The notes under the pieces were generated by a model. It did no database searches. It had not been told where the DNA came from and saw only the letters and a list, made by a program, of their open reading frames with translations. From an uncultured Erysipelotrichaceae bacterium (GTDB taxonomy: Bacteria; Bacillota_I; Bacilli_A; Erysipelotrichales; Erysipelotrichaceae): a stretch of 64,000 nt of DNA. Both the position numbers and the translations under genes were made by a program. Positions within the stretch are counted from its first letter, which is position 1. Each line of letters opens with the position of its first letter. The stretch spans positions 18,947-82,946 of the forward strand of contig CAKUWO010000001.1 in NCBI GenBank assembly GCA_934699415.1, given 5' to 3'. This document shows, piece by piece, positions 26,603 through 37,584 of the stretch.

Positions 26603-27223
26603 TTATTTTGTACCAAAAATACGATCGCCAGCATCACCAAGGCCTGGAACAATATAACCATTTTCATTTAAATGTGAATCTAAAGCTGCAAGATAGATAT
26701 CAACATCTGGATGTTTACGATTAACTGCTTCAACTCCTTCTGGTGCACCAACTAAGCATACAAGCTTAATGTTTTTAGCTCCACGTGCTTTAATTAAATC
26801 GATAGCAGCATTAGCACTACCACCAGTAGCTAGCATTGGGTCTAATACTAAATTAACAGCATCTTTAAGATTTGATGGGAATTTAGCGAAGTATTCATGC
26901 GGTTGAAGAGTTTCTTCATCACGATATAAACCAATAAAACCAACTTTAGCAGTAGGAATTAAATCATTAATGCCATTAACAAGACCAAGCCCTGCTCTTA
27001 AGATAGGGATTAAAACAATATCATTCTGTAATTCATAAGTTTCACATGTTGCAACAGGAGTTTCAACAGTAATTGGTTTTAAAGGCAAGTCGCGGCAAAC
27101 TTCATAAGCCATTAAACCAGCAATTTCATCAAGATTCTGCTTGAAATCCTTAGTTTTAGTATCTTTGTTGCGCATAAGTGTAAGTTTATGAGTAATAAGT
27201 GGATGATTTAGGATTGTAACCAT
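26603..27223 (-). CDS. upp: uracil phosphoribosyltransferase
   Basis: Family-typical sequence with PRPP motif [13 protein letters not shown] moved the start to ATG 27223 (GGAGG 8 nt upstream). The track start is a TTG. Confidence 0.93.
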   Translation of the reverse strand: MVTILNHPLITHKLTLMRNKDTKTKDFKQNLDEIAGLMAYEVCRDLPLKPITVETPVATCETYELQNDIVLIPILRAGLGLVNGINDLIPTAKVGFIGLYRDEETLQPHEYFAKFPSNLKDAVNLVLDPMLATGGSANAAIDLIKARGAKNIKLVCLVGAPEGVEAVNRKHPDVDIYLAALDSHLNENGYIVPGLGDAGDRIFGTK

Positions 27224-27285
27224 ATTATGTTCCTCCAATTTTCCTCTGTTATTATAAACAAAAAAAGAGATAAACTCATCTCTTT

Positions 27286-28737
27286 TTAAGCTACTTCTTT
27301 AATATCTAAGCTATATTTTTTATTTAATAAAGGAATTAAGTCTTTTAAATCACTTATATAGTCATCGGCATTAGCTTTATCAAGCTTTTCTTTCCTTTGT
27401 TCATTGAAATAAAAGCCGATAGTATAAGCTCCATAATTCTTACCACAATAGATATCTGTATCAGAATCACCAACATAAGTGACATCATCACGATTTAAAT
27501 TATTCTTTTCAATAATTTTAATCAATCCTTCAGGATTTGGCTTAATATTTTTAACTTCATCCCCGGCAATAATGTCAATAATTAAATCTTTCATCTTTAG
27601 ATTCTCAAAGATGAAATTAGCAGATTTCTTATGGCGTACAGTAACTACTCCAACATATACTCCTGCTTCTTTAAGATTAGTTAAAACTTCTCTTGCATGT
27701 GGCATAGCTTCAACATATTTTAAAGCCTCATTATTGTAATAACGATATCTTTCAATCATTTTATCACTATCTTCTTCAGGCATATATTTTTTAAAAGAAT
27801 CAGTTAATGATGGACCAATAACGGCTGTACCTACTTCTTTAAGGAAATATTCTTTTTTACCCTTTTCTTCAAATACTTTTTCAAATGATTCTAAAATAGC
27901 TTTTTCAGTATCAACCAAAGTACCATCTAAATCAAATAAGACAGTAGGTTTGATAGTTTTAAAGAATTTATCAAACACTCCTAAATAACCTAATAAACCA
28001 ATAATTAAACCACTAATAGAAATAACTTGAGCAATCTTTAAATTACCCATAAATAAGGCATCAGTTCTTTTAATTTCAATAAAGAAACGTACCACTCCAT
28101 ACCACATAAGATAAGCCCAACCAAGATCGCCTTTCTTATTCTGGTATTTCTTTAAAATGAAAACAATTAAACAAAAGCCAATAACATTTGCTAACGATTC
28201 ATAAAAGAAAGTAGGCTCATAATAATGACCATTAATATACATTCCATCTTTTAAGAAGAATAGAAAGCCATTAAAGAAGCTTTCGCTTACTTCTGGTCCA
28301 TGAGCTTCTTGATTGATAAAGTTACCCCAACGACCAATAGCTTGAGCTAATAAGACATTAGGCATAATGCAATCGGCAAAGTTTAAAATATCAATATTCT
28401 TTTTGTGGCAATAGAAATAAGAATAAATCAATACTGCAATTACACCACCATGAATCGCTAAGCCACCTTCATTAATAGTTAAAAACTTAATTGGATTAGC
28501 GATATAATAAGCAAGATTATAGAAAAGGCAATACCATAAACGAGCACCAAGAACCCCAATCCATAAGGCGTAAACAAAGTAATCATTTAAAACATCATCA
28601 CTATAATGTCTTTTACGAGTATTTCTAAGCGATAAATAATAAGCTAAGAAAGCTCCAGTCATAATGCATATCGCATACCATTGAATCGAAAAAGGACCAA
28701 TAATTAGAAATGTTTTTGAATCTGGGAATAATTTCAT
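27286..28737 (-). CDS. lgt: fusion protein: prolipoprotein diacylglyceryl transferase (N-terminal) plus HAD pyrophosphatase/phosphatase PpaX-like domain (C-terminal)
   Basis: Lgt motifs GGLAIHGG and [13 protein letters not shown] in aa 1-260. HAD motif [12 protein letters not shown] (27922-27933) and motif IV GDSDTD in aa 265-483. One uninterrupted ORF. Confidence 0.85.
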   Translation of the reverse strand: MKLFPDSKTFLIIGPFSIQWYAICIMTGAFLAYYLSLRNTRKRHYSDDVLNDYFVYALWIGVLGARLWYCLFYNLAYYIANPIKFLTINEGGLAIHGGVIAVLIYSYFYCHKKNIDILNFADCIMPNVLLAQAIGRWGNFINQEAHGPEVSESFFNGFLFFLKDGMYINGHYYEPTFFYESLANVIGFCLIVFILKKYQNKKGDLGWAYLMWYGVVRFFIEIKRTDALFMGNLKIAQVISISGLIIGLLGYLGVFDKFFKTIKPTVLFDLDGTLVDTEKAILESFEKVFEEKGKKEYFLKEVGTAVIGPSLTDSFKKYMPEEDSDKMIERYRYYNNEALKYVEAMPHAREVLTNLKEAGVYVGVVTVRHKKSANFIFENLKMKDLIIDIIAGDEVKNIKPNPEGLIKIIEKNNLNRDDVTYVGDSDTDIYCGKNYGAYTIGFYFNEQRKEKLDKANADDYISDLKDLIPLLNKKYSLDIKEVA

Positions 28738-29690
28738 TCTTTTTCTCCTCTATTACGAGTATTAATTTTATCATAAACACGTTTATTAAAGGTTTCAGTT
28801 GAATTAATACCTTTTTGTATTAAACGATAGTTTGAAACTGCGGCTTCAATAATAACTGATAAATCTCTTCCAGCCATGACAGGAATATCAAGTACCGGAC
28901 GATTAAGACCTAAGATATTTAAAGTCTGTTGCAAATAAGATAAACGACTATATTCATGCGTTTCATCATATGGCTCAAGTCTAATGATTAATTCTAAATC
29001 ACAATCATCCAAGACTGCTGATGCACCAAACATCATCAAAACGTCAATAATACCGATACCTCTAATCTCCAACATGCCTTTAATAAGTTCCGGTGCAGAA
29101 CAAATTAAATCATTTTGAATACGAACAATTTCAACTCGATCATCTGATACTAAAGAATGACCACGTCTAATAAGTTCTAAAGCTAATTCTGATTTACCAA
29201 TACCAGAAGCACCTGTAATCATGACGCCAACCCCATAAATATTCATCATAACTCCATGCATTCCAGTATCAGGAGCAAGACTACGTGACAAGAAAGCCAC
29301 CATATTCTGCATTGCCATATAAGATTTCATATCACTCTCAAAGACTGGGAAATTTCTACCCCAAGCCACTTCAAGTAATGATGGATGAGCCTTATTACCA
29401 CCAGTCATTACAATACATGGTGTTAAAGAATCAGTTAAGATTTCAAAGCGTTCTTTTTGGGTATCAAAATCTAAAGAAGCTAAATATTCGCATTCTTTAT
29501 TGCCAATAATAATTACTCTTTTTAAGTCCGTTGATTCTTTCCACCCCGAAAGTTCTAAGCCAGGGCGATTGATATCTGGGGCAATAATATAACGTTTTAA
29601 CGATTCTTGGTTACCTGAAACTTGTTTAAGATGGAAAAATTTCTTAAATTCAGCTACCGACACCCTTTTAACTAATTCTTCATCTGCCAT
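28734..29690 (-). CDS. hprK: HPr kinase/phosphorylase
   Basis: P-loop GASGIGKSE. 318 aa. ATGA overlap with lgt. Confidence 0.92.
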   Translation of the reverse strand: MADEELVKRVSVAEFKKFFHLKQVSGNQESLKRYIIAPDINRPGLELSGWKESTDLKRVIIIGNKECEYLASLDFDTQKERFEILTDSLTPCIVMTGGNKAHPSLLEVAWGRNFPVFESDMKSYMAMQNMVAFLSRSLAPDTGMHGVMMNIYGVGVMITGASGIGKSELALELIRRGHSLVSDDRVEIVRIQNDLICSAPELIKGMLEIRGIGIIDVLMMFGASAVLDDCDLELIIRLEPYDETHEYSRLSYLQQTLNILGLNRPVLDIPVMAGRDLSVIIEAAVSNYRLIQKGINSTETFNKRVYDKINTRNRGEKE

Positions 29691-32514
29691 AATTACCCTC
29701 CATTACTTTCTTAATATAAGCTCCTGTATAGCCTTTATTGCATTTAATTATTTCTTCAGGTGTGCCAGTAAAGACAAGATTACCACCTCTATCACCACCA
29801 TCTGGTCCTAGATCTATTAAATAATCAGCACTTTTTAAGACATCAAGATTATGCTCAATAACTAGTACCGTATCACCATTATCAACAATTCGATTTAAAA
29901 TCTTAATAAGTTTAGAAACATCTTCCATATGCAAACCTGTTGTAGGCTCATCTAAGACAAATAATGTTTTACCTGTTGGCTTTTTCTGTAATTCAGAAGC
30001 TAATTTAATACGTTGTGCTTCGCCACCTGATAGAGTAGTTGCGCTCTGTCCAAGTTCGATATAACCAAGTCCAACATCATATAAAATTTGTAATTTAGAA
30101 GCAATTTTAGGAATATTTCTAAAAAATTCTAATGCTTCTTTAACACTCATCTTTAAAACATCATAGATTGTTTTATCTTTGTATTTGACTGTTAAAGTTT
30201 CACTATTATAACGATGTCCATGACATTCTTCACATTCAACATAAACATCAGGCACAAAAAGCATCGATATCTTTTTAACACCATCGCCTTGGCATGCTTC
30301 GCATCTTCCACCTGGTACATTAAATGAGAATCGTGATTTATCATATCCCTTTTCTCTTGCATCGCTGGTTAATGCGAAAAGAGCACGAATGTCATCAAAG
30401 ACACCTGTATATGTAGCAGGGTTAGAGCGTGGAGTACGACCAATTGGATCTTGAGATATTGCGATAATCTTATCAATATTCTCTAATCCTTCGATTTTCT
30501 TACATAAGCCAGGTTCTACTTTTGAATTATAAATAGCTTTTTGTAAGCTTTTGGTCACAATTTCATTAACCAAAGTACTCTTGCCACTACCTGATACCCC
30601 TGATACACAAATAAAAGTTCCTAAAGGAAAAGAAACATTAATATTTTTAAGATTATTCTGTTGAGCACCAATAACTTTTAAATATTTACCATTGCCTTTT
30701 CTTCTTATGCTTGGTACTTCAATCTTTTTACGTCCCGCTAAATAGGCTCCAGTAAGTGATTTAGGATTATTCATGACATCATATGGTGTTCCATAAGCAA
30801 CAATCTCACCACCATCTTTACCAGCTCCTGGTCCAACATCAACCAAGAAATCACTCTCCATCATCGTTTCTTCATCATGTTCCACAACAATTACTGAGTT
30901 ACCTAAATCACGCATTCTTTTTAAAGTATCAATTAATTTCGCATTATCTTTTTGATGTAAACCAATACTTGGCTCATCTAAGACATAAATAACACCTGTC
31001 AACATGGAACCAATCTGAGTAGCTAAACGAATACGTTGAGCTTCACCTCCAGATAAAGATCCCGCAGTACGATTAAGTGTTAAATAATCAAGTCCTACAT
31101 CATTTAAAAAGCGTAAACGATCCTTAAGCTCACTTAATAATAATCTGGCAATCTCTTCTTTCATTGGGCTTAACTTTAATTCATTAAGCCATTTATAAGC
31201 AGCTTCAATTGACATATGGCTAAATTCATCAATATTTAAGCCACCAACTTTAACAGCCAATACTTTCTCATTAAGACGAGCACCATGGCATTTCGAACAT
31301 ACCGACTCTTTCATATAGCTTTGGTAATAATCTTTAGACATTGATGATGTTGTTTCGATATAGCGACGCTCAATTAAAGTCTTAACACCTTCAATAATAG
31401 TATTCTTCTTATATTCTGTTCCCCCACTAGATACAATTGAATATTGAATTGGAACATTAGAACCATATAAGATAATCTTCATTTCTTCTTTGGTAAAATC
31501 ATTAAGTGCTTTATCAGCATCGATATGATAATAATCTAATAAGGCTTTAAAGTTTTGCCATTCAATATTTTCGGTATTAACAGTATTTTTATAATAGCGA
31601 ATACCACCTTGATTAATTGATAAATTCTTGTCAGGTATTAAAAGATCTTCACTAACTTCCATTGTTACGCCAAGACCTTTGCATTCTTCACATGCCCCTA
31701 AAGGTGAATTAAAAGAAAATAAACGTGGTTCTAATTTAGGAACAGTAAAACCACAAATAGGGCAAGCATAACGTGACGAGAATAATCGTCTTTCTTCGCC
31801 ACATTTAACAATCGCTGTACCTGAAGATAACTTTAAAGCCAATTCTAAAGAATCATTTAAACGTGATTCAATACCATCTTTTTGAATCAAACGATCTACA
31901 ACAACTTCTACATTATGTCTTTTATTTTTATCTAATTCTTTAATATCTTCCAATAAATATAATTCTTGGTCTACATAAATACGCATATAGCCTTCTTTGC
32001 GTAATTTATCAAATAAATCTTTCTGGCTACCTTTACGATTATTTACGACATTAGAGAGAATTTCTAAACGACTTCCCAAAGGATATTCTTTAATCTGTTC
32101 AACCATCTTAGCGGTTGATGTTGCTTCGATGATAGTATTATGCACCGGGCAATAAGCATCACCTACTCTGGCATATAAAAGACGGAGATAATCATAAATC
32201 TCAGTAATGGTGCCAACAGTAGATCTTGGATTATTGTTGGTTGTTTTTTGGTCAATAGCAATGGCTGGTGATAAACCTTCAATATAGTCAACATCTGGTT
32301 TTTCTACTCCACCCAAAAATTGTCTAGCATATGAAGATAATGATTCAACATATCTTCTTTGACCTTCAGCATATAAAGTATCAAAAGCTAAAGAAGTTTT
32401 ACCACTTCCTGATAATCCCGTAAGAACAACTAGTTTATTTCTTGGGATATCAATATCAATATTTTTTAAATTGTTTACACGCGCACCACGTATCGTAATT
32501 TTATCTTGTAACAT
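29680..32514 (-). CDS. uvrA: excinuclease ABC subunit A
   Basis: 944 aa. Two ABC modules (GLSGSGKTS, GVSGSGKST) and zinc-finger Cys clusters. Confidence 0.96.
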   Translation of the reverse strand: MLQDKITIRGARVNNLKNIDIDIPRNKLVVLTGLSGSGKTSLAFDTLYAEGQRRYVESLSSYARQFLGGVEKPDVDYIEGLSPAIAIDQKTTNNNPRSTVGTITEIYDYLRLLYARVGDAYCPVHNTIIEATSTAKMVEQIKEYPLGSRLEILSNVVNNRKGSQKDLFDKLRKEGYMRIYVDQELYLLEDIKELDKNKRHNVEVVVDRLIQKDGIESRLNDSLELALKLSSGTAIVKCGEERRLFSSRYACPICGFTVPKLEPRLFSFNSPLGACEECKGLGVTMEVSEDLLIPDKNLSINQGGIRYYKNTVNTENIEWQNFKALLDYYHIDADKALNDFTKEEMKIILYGSNVPIQYSIVSSGGTEYKKNTIIEGVKTLIERRYIETTSSMSKDYYQSYMKESVCSKCHGARLNEKVLAVKVGGLNIDEFSHMSIEAAYKWLNELKLSPMKEEIARLLLSELKDRLRFLNDVGLDYLTLNRTAGSLSGGEAQRIRLATQIGSMLTGVIYVLDEPSIGLHQKDNAKLIDTLKRMRDLGNSVIVVEHDEETMMESDFLVDVGPGAGKDGGEIVAYGTPYDVMNNPKSLTGAYLAGRKKIEVPSIRRKGNGKYLKVIGAQQNNLKNINVSFPLGTFICVSGVSGSGKSTLVNEIVTKSLQKAIYNSKVEPGLCKKIEGLENIDKIIAISQDPIGRTPRSNPATYTGVFDDIRALFALTSDAREKGYDKSRFSFNVPGGRCEACQGDGVKKISMLFVPDVYVECEECHGHRYNSETLTVKYKDKTIYDVLKMSVKEALEFFRNIPKIASKLQILYDVGLGYIELGQSATTLSGGEAQRIKLASELQKKPTGKTLFVLDEPTTGLHMEDVSKLIKILNRIVDNGDTVLVIEHNLDVLKSADYLIDLGPDGGDRGGNLVFTGTPEEIIKCNKGYTGAYIKKVMEGNYGR

Positions 32515-32574
32515 AAGTTTATTATACCTTTAATTTGAATTGACTATGCTAAAATTATAAAAGGAGGTTTATTT

Positions 32575-33423
32575 ATGCCTACAACTTATGCACATTACCG
32601 TTATGGGGAAATGGTATATACTAATTTACCTCAAAACTTAAAAGAAATTATTAATAATAACCGTCAATTATATGATATCGGGGTTCATGGACCAGATATT
32701 TTATTCTATCACCACCCTTTTCCTAAAGATGATATCTTTTTAATTGGCGCTAATATGCACGACCATAGTGCTAAAGACTTTTTTACTAAAGCGAAAGATA
32801 TTTATCTTAAAAGAGGTAAAAGAAATGATGATTTAGCTTACCTTTTAGGCTTTTTAGCTCATTTCTCTTTAGATTCAGCAACTCATAGTTATATTGAAAG
32901 AAAAGATGAATTATCAAATGCTTCACATTTTAAAATTGAAGCTGAATTTGATCGTTTCTTAATGATTGAAGATCATAAAGACCCTCTTAAAGTTAATACT
33001 GTAGCTCATCTATTCCCAACTAAGAAAAATAGTGAAATTATTGCATCTTATTTCCCAATTGATGATTCATTAATGTATAAAACACTTAAAAGAATGAAAT
33101 TCTTATTAAAACTACTTGAAGTACATTCACCAATTAAACGTTTCTTGTTTAAAACAATAACCGATATTGCACATGCATCATCATTTATGGACATGACCTT
33201 CTATAAAGATGAAGATCCTTTATGCAAAGATTCTAACTTGAGATTATTAAAGTTAATGAATAAAGCAGCTCCTTCGTTTAATGAATTAGCTTTAAGCTTA
33301 ATATCATTCCTTAATAATGAAGGTGAATTAATAGCACCATTTAACGAAACTTTTGCCTATCATGAAGGATATAAAGATATTCCAATCTTAAGTTATGAAG
33401 AAGAATTAAATTATCATATTTAA
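32575..33423 (+). CDS. zinc-dependent phospholipase C-like family protein (putative metallohydrolase)
   Basis: 282 aa. His-rich N-terminus (YAHYRYG, GVHGPDILFYHH, HDHS, LAHFSLDSATH), as in the Zn-dependent PLC-like family. SD AAGGAGG. Confidence 0.45.
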   Translation: MPTTYAHYRYGEMVYTNLPQNLKEIINNNRQLYDIGVHGPDILFYHHPFPKDDIFLIGANMHDHSAKDFFTKAKDIYLKRGKRNDDLAYLLGFLAHFSLDSATHSYIERKDELSNASHFKIEAEFDRFLMIEDHKDPLKVNTVAHLFPTKKNSEIIASYFPIDDSLMYKTLKRMKFLLKLLEVHSPIKRFLFKTITDIAHASSFMDMTFYKDEDPLCKDSNLRLLKLMNKAAPSFNELALSLISFLNNEGELIAPFNETFAYHEGYKDIPILSYEEELNYHI

Positions 33424-33470
33424 AAGCTAGTGTAATATATTGAAAATCCCTGTAACAATTTATGTTTATT

Positions 33471-33512
33471 AGGCTTAATATCTTACTTAACAAGATGTTA
33501 AGCCTTTTAATT
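33471..33512 (+). terminator. rho-independent terminator
   Basis: 14-bp stem AGGCTTAATATCTT/AAGATGTTAAGCCT (one G-U pair), followed by T4. Confidence 0.7.
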
Positions 33513-33560
33513 TATATAAAAAGTGGACCTTTTAAGTCTATTAGCTTAATAGGTCCACTT
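33513..33560 (-). terminator. terminator after truA
   Basis: 10-bp stem AAGTGGACCT/AGGTCCACTT with a large loop. T5 follows on the minus strand. Confidence 0.5.
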
Positions 33561-33575
33561 CAAGTCATCTTTTAT

Positions 33576-34304
33576 TTAATATTTTATTGATACTAAATAC
33601 AAACCACAGGCATCAATTGAATAGCGTCTTTTATCTTTAGTTGGCTTTTCTAATCTTTCTTTAATTTCATTAATATCAATATGCCCTCTAGCGACATCAA
33701 CCATAGAACCAACCATCATTCGCACCATATGTCTTAAAAAGCCATCACCTCTTACCGTAATAGTAATTCTTTTGCCTTTTTGATTAACACTGCATTCATA
33801 AATCGTTCTTGTCTGATTAGGATATTCTTCAATTGGTGAAGTATTAAAAGAGCCAAAATCATGTGTTCCGATAAATAATTCAGCTACTTCTTTCATCTTT
33901 TGGATATCTAAAGGATAGGTTTTTTGATATGCTCTACCTTCTAAAAAAGGATCTCTTTCACCATTGTTAATAAGATAAACATAAGTCTTTTCTTTAACAC
34001 CATAACGGGCATGGAAATTATTATCAGCTTTTTTAACATCAACTACATGAATATCTTTAGGAATTAAAGAATTGATTGAACCTTTTAATTTAAAACAATC
34101 TCTTTCCTCTTCATCAAAATGAAATACTTGACCATAGGCATGAACGCCACGATCTGTTCTTGAGGCACCTGTTATCTTTACTGGATGTCTAAAAATGGTT
34201 TCTAAAGCTCTTTCAATAATATCTTGAATGGCATCAGCATTTTCTTGTGATTGAAAACCAGCATAATTTAAACCATTATATGCAAGGATTACTTTATATC
34301 TCAT
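33576..34304 (-). CDS. truA: tRNA pseudouridine(38-40) synthase
   Basis: Catalytic motif RTDRGVHA. 242 aa. ecfT-truA synteny. Confidence 0.93.
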   Translation of the reverse strand: MRYKVILAYNGLNYAGFQSQENADAIQDIIERALETIFRHPVKITGASRTDRGVHAYGQVFHFDEEERDCFKLKGSINSLIPKDIHVVDVKKADNNFHARYGVKEKTYVYLINNGERDPFLEGRAYQKTYPLDIQKMKEVAELFIGTHDFGSFNTSPIEEYPNQTRTIYECSVNQKGKRITITVRGDGFLRHMVRMMVGSMVDVARGHIDINEIKERLEKPTKDKRRYSIDACGLYLVSIKY

Positions 34305-35098
34305 AATAAGAAACTAATTCCAATATTAGCTGCTAAGCATAATAAAGAAATCCCCATGATTAGATAATCTGCTACATGATAATGTAACTCTTTATAACGT
34401 GTACGCTCTTCACCTGGGCAATATCCTCTAGCTTCCATCGCATCTGCTAAATCATCAGCTCTTTGGAAAGCTACTGAGAATAAAGGAATAATAAGTGAAA
34501 GAATAGCTGTAACCTTTTCTTTTAATTTGCCTTCTTCAAAATCAACACCACGTGATTTTTGCGCATTCATAATACGCATTGTTTCTTCAATAATAGTAGG
34601 AATGAAACGTAAAGCGATGGAAATCATCATCGCTATCTCATGAGAAGGGATAAAGCTTGATAAAGGACTCATAAGATATTCTAAGCCTAATGTTAATTCT
34701 AAAGGTTTAGTAGTAGCAGTTAATAATGTTGTAAGCATAATCATTAAAACTAACCTTACAGCAATATATAAAGTATTAATTACTGCATCAGCATAAATAC
34801 TAATAAAGCCATATTCAAACCATAAGGTACCTGTTTTAACCGAAAAGATATTTATAACCAATAAGAATACCATCATAAATAGCATCGGTTTAAAAGCTTG
34901 AATAATCATCTTAGCTTTAATATGCGATACTAAAGCAGCAATAATTAAGACAATACTTAAAAATAAATAGCCATACCAACCAGCTGGAATAAAAATAGCA
35001 ATCATTAAAAAGAATAAAGCAATAATCTTAGCTCTAGGATCGGCATTATGAATTAAAGAATTGTAAGGAATATATTTGCCAAAGATTAAATTACTCAT
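34301..35098 (-). CDS. ecfT: energy-coupling factor transporter transmembrane component
   Basis: 265-aa membrane protein with a conserved ARG-type coupling-helix region (MNAQKSRG ... MEARGY). Follows the two ECF ATPases. Confidence 0.88.
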   Translation of the reverse strand: MSNLIFGKYIPYNSLIHNADPRAKIIALFFLMIAIFIPAGWYGYLFLSIVLIIAALVSHIKAKMIIQAFKPMLFMMVFLLVINIFSVKTGTLWFEYGFISIYADAVINTLYIAVRLVLMIMLTTLLTATTKPLELTLGLEYLMSPLSSFIPSHEIAMMISIALRFIPTIIEETMRIMNAQKSRGVDFEEGKLKEKVTAILSLIIPLFSVAFQRADDLADAMEARGYCPGEERTRYKELHYHVADYLIMGISLLCLAANIGISFLL

Positions 35099-35946
35099 CT
35101 TTTAACCTCCTTACAAATACTATTTACTAAGCTTTCTAAATCATCATAAGCTTTATCAAGTTTAAAACCTTTAGCTTTTAGTTCATCAGCAAAAGTAATA
35201 AATAATGGTGGTACAAGATGATATTCTTGACGTAAATTTTCATCTAAGAATAATTTTTTACTATCACCTTGATATACAGCCTTACCATTTTTCATGATAA
35301 TAGTGTTATCACTATAACGATAAACAATTTCATTATCATGACATACTAAAATAATTGTTTTATTAAGTTTTTTATTTAAGGTTGAGAAAAGCTTAATCAT
35401 TTCTCTTGCTCCATGAGGATCTAAACCAGCAATAGGCTCATCTAAAACAATGACATCAGGATTCATAGCTAAAATACCAGCAATAGCTACTCTTCTTTTT
35501 TGCCCACCACTTAAATCTAATGGTGAACGCTCATAAAAACTCTCATCAATTCCAACGACACTTAATGCTTCTTTGGCTCTATTAATTGCCTTATCAAGTG
35601 GTACACCAAAGTTTTGCGGACCAAAAGCAACATCTTTTAAGATAGTTTCTTCAAATAATTGATATTCTGGAAATTGAAATACTAAGCCTACTTTTTGTCT
35701 TAAAGCTTTTAAATCTTTATTCTTTTTATTCTTAATAATATATTCAAATACTTGCACTTCGCCCTCACTTGGTAAAAGTAAAGCATTTAAGTGTTGAATA
35801 AGTGTAGATTTACCACTACCTGTTTTACCAATGATAGATGTAATCTTACCTTCCTCAATATCTAAAGATATATGATCTAAGGCTTTATAAGCATAAGGCA
35901 TATCTGGTGAATAGATATGTGTTACATCTTTGAATGTAATTGCCAT
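35095..35946 (-). CDS. ecfA2: ECF transporter ATPase A2
   Basis: Walker A GKTGSGKST, signature LSGGQKRR, Walker B VIVLDEP. Confidence 0.9.
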   Translation of the reverse strand: MAITFKDVTHIYSPDMPYAYKALDHISLDIEEGKITSIIGKTGSGKSTLIQHLNALLLPSEGEVQVFEYIIKNKKNKDLKALRQKVGLVFQFPEYQLFEETILKDVAFGPQNFGVPLDKAINRAKEALSVVGIDESFYERSPLDLSGGQKRRVAIAGILAMNPDVIVLDEPIAGLDPHGAREMIKLFSTLNKKLNKTIILVCHDNEIVYRYSDNTIIMKNGKAVYQGDSKKLFLDENLRQEYHLVPPLFITFADELKAKGFKLDKAYDDLESLVNSICKEVKR

Positions 35947-36746
35947 AATTCATCCACCATCCCTTCTATATCATTAGACTTTAATTTAATACCTTTCTTC
36001 TTAAATAAGCTTTTAACATAATCAACAAAAGGTATATCTAAGCCAATCTTTTTAAGTTCTTCATGATGATTAAAGACTTCATCTGGTTTTCCTTCCATAT
36101 AAGTCTTACCATCGCTTAATACAATACAATAATCAGAATTATAAGCTTCTTCAATATCATGAGTAATCGAAATAACGGTTAAGCCTTGTTCCTTATGAAG
36201 TTTATAAATCATATTACGTATTTCTTCTTTGCCAACTGGATCTAACATCGATGTCGCTTCATCAAAAATTAAAATCTTTGGTTTCATTGCTAAAACCCCA
36301 GCAATAGCTACTCTTTGTTTTTGACCACCAGAAAGATGCTCAGGCTCAGCATCTAAAAAGTCACTCATTCCAACATATCCAGCATAGTCATGGATAATAC
36401 TATCCATATCACTTGTTGGAACACGATGATTTTCTAATCCAAAGGCGATATCATCCTTAACTGTTGAGGCAATAAATTGGTTATCAGGATTTTGGAAGAC
36501 AATTCCAATTTTCTTTCTAATTGATGCAATATTTTCTTGATTAACTTCTAATCCATCAATTTTTATTGAGCCACTTTTCTTTTCCAATAAGCCCATAATA
36601 AGCTTAGCAATAGTACTTTTACCAGAACCATTATGACCAATAATAGTAGTATAAGAACCTTCTTCGATTTTAAAGGATATTCCTTTTAAAACATCCATCA
36701 CATTATCATATGAAAAGATAACATCATTAACTTCTACAATATTCAT
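35922..36746 (-). CDS. ecfA1: ECF transporter ATPase A1
   Basis: Walker A GHNGSGKST, signature LSGGQKQR, Walker B ILIFDEA. Confidence 0.9.
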   Translation of the reverse strand: MNIVEVNDVIFSYDNVMDVLKGISFKIEEGSYTTIIGHNGSGKSTIAKLIMGLLEKKSGSIKIDGLEVNQENIASIRKKIGIVFQNPDNQFIASTVKDDIAFGLENHRVPTSDMDSIIHDYAGYVGMSDFLDAEPEHLSGGQKQRVAIAGVLAMKPKILIFDEATSMLDPVGKEEIRNMIYKLHKEQGLTVISITHDIEEAYNSDYCIVLSDGKTYMEGKPDEVFNHHEELKKIGLDIPFVDYVKSLFKKKGIKLKSNDIEGMVDELWQLHSKM

Positions 36747-36891
36747 AGGCCTATTATACTTTTTATTAATTTATATATCCACCTTAAAGGATTAAAGCTT
36801 ATTAGTCATATTATAAAAATCATCAATGCCCACTCGTATAGCAGATGTTTTATGCTTTATCCTTCAAGTCAACAGTCTAAGAAGACATAAT

Positions 36892-36920
36892 AAAAGTGAA
36901 CTTTAAATAGTTCACTTTTA
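36892..36920 (-). terminator. hairpin terminator after the SH3b-domain gene
   Basis: 10-bp stem AAAAGTGAAC/GTTCACTTTT directly after the stop at 36922. Confidence 0.5.
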
Positions 36921-36921
36921 T

Positions 36922-37584
36922 TTATTTCTTACTAGCTAGAGCCTCACCATCTATTTTTAGGCAAAGCCATGCGTTATCAGCAATCTTGCCCCAAGTAGAA
37001 TTTTCATCATTTTTAATTTCTAAGACATCAACAGTAGTACCTTCTTCAATTGATTTGCCATTCGCATTAGAAGAATATTTAGCTGGAATAGATTCTACTG
37101 GATCATAGCTTAATCCAGGCCCTTTACGTACTTTAACAGCTGTCTTTAGTACATATTGAACTGTTTCATTAACTGTTGTAGTTGTATTTTGAGTAGGAGC
37201 AGGAGTAGTTATTGGTTTTTCGCTAGGAGCTGGTGTAGGAGTAATAGTTGGTGTAGGAGTAGTAGTTACTGCTGGCTCCTTAGTTGTGGTTGGTTTATCG
37301 GTCGGTAGAGTTGATGGTTTAGATTCAGAATCAAAGATATGCATGATGCCAAGCACAACAAGAGCTACAGCCATAACAATAGCTAAAGTAATTAAAATCA
37401 TTACTGCTGGCGATAATCGCTTTTCACCTTTATCATCTTCTTCAATTGGTTCTTCTTGAAGATGAAAAATTTCTTCTTTCTCTTTTTCTACTTGACGTCT
37501 AATTTCTTCTTTTGGCTCATGATATTCTTCTTTATCTAAGACAAATGAAGGAATTTGGATATCTTTCTTTTCATTCTCAGACAT
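36922..37584 (-). CDS. single-pass membrane protein with Pro/Thr-rich linker and C-terminal SH3b-like domain
   Basis: Acidic N-terminus, TM LSPAVMILITLAIVMAVALVVLGIM, linker TTTPTPTITPTPAPS. The C-terminal VKVRKGPGLSYDPV...WGKI...GWL-type pattern is typical of bacterial SH3. Confidence 0.6.
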   Translation of the reverse strand: MSENEKKDIQIPSFVLDKEEYHEPKEEIRRQVEKEKEEIFHLQEEPIEEDDKGEKRLSPAVMILITLAIVMAVALVVLGIMHIFDSESKPSTLPTDKPTTTKEPAVTTTPTPTITPTPAPSEKPITTPAPTQNTTTTVNETVQYVLKTAVKVRKGPGLSYDPVESIPAKYSSNANGKSIEEGTTVDVLEIKNDENSTWGKIADNAWLCLKIDGEALASKK

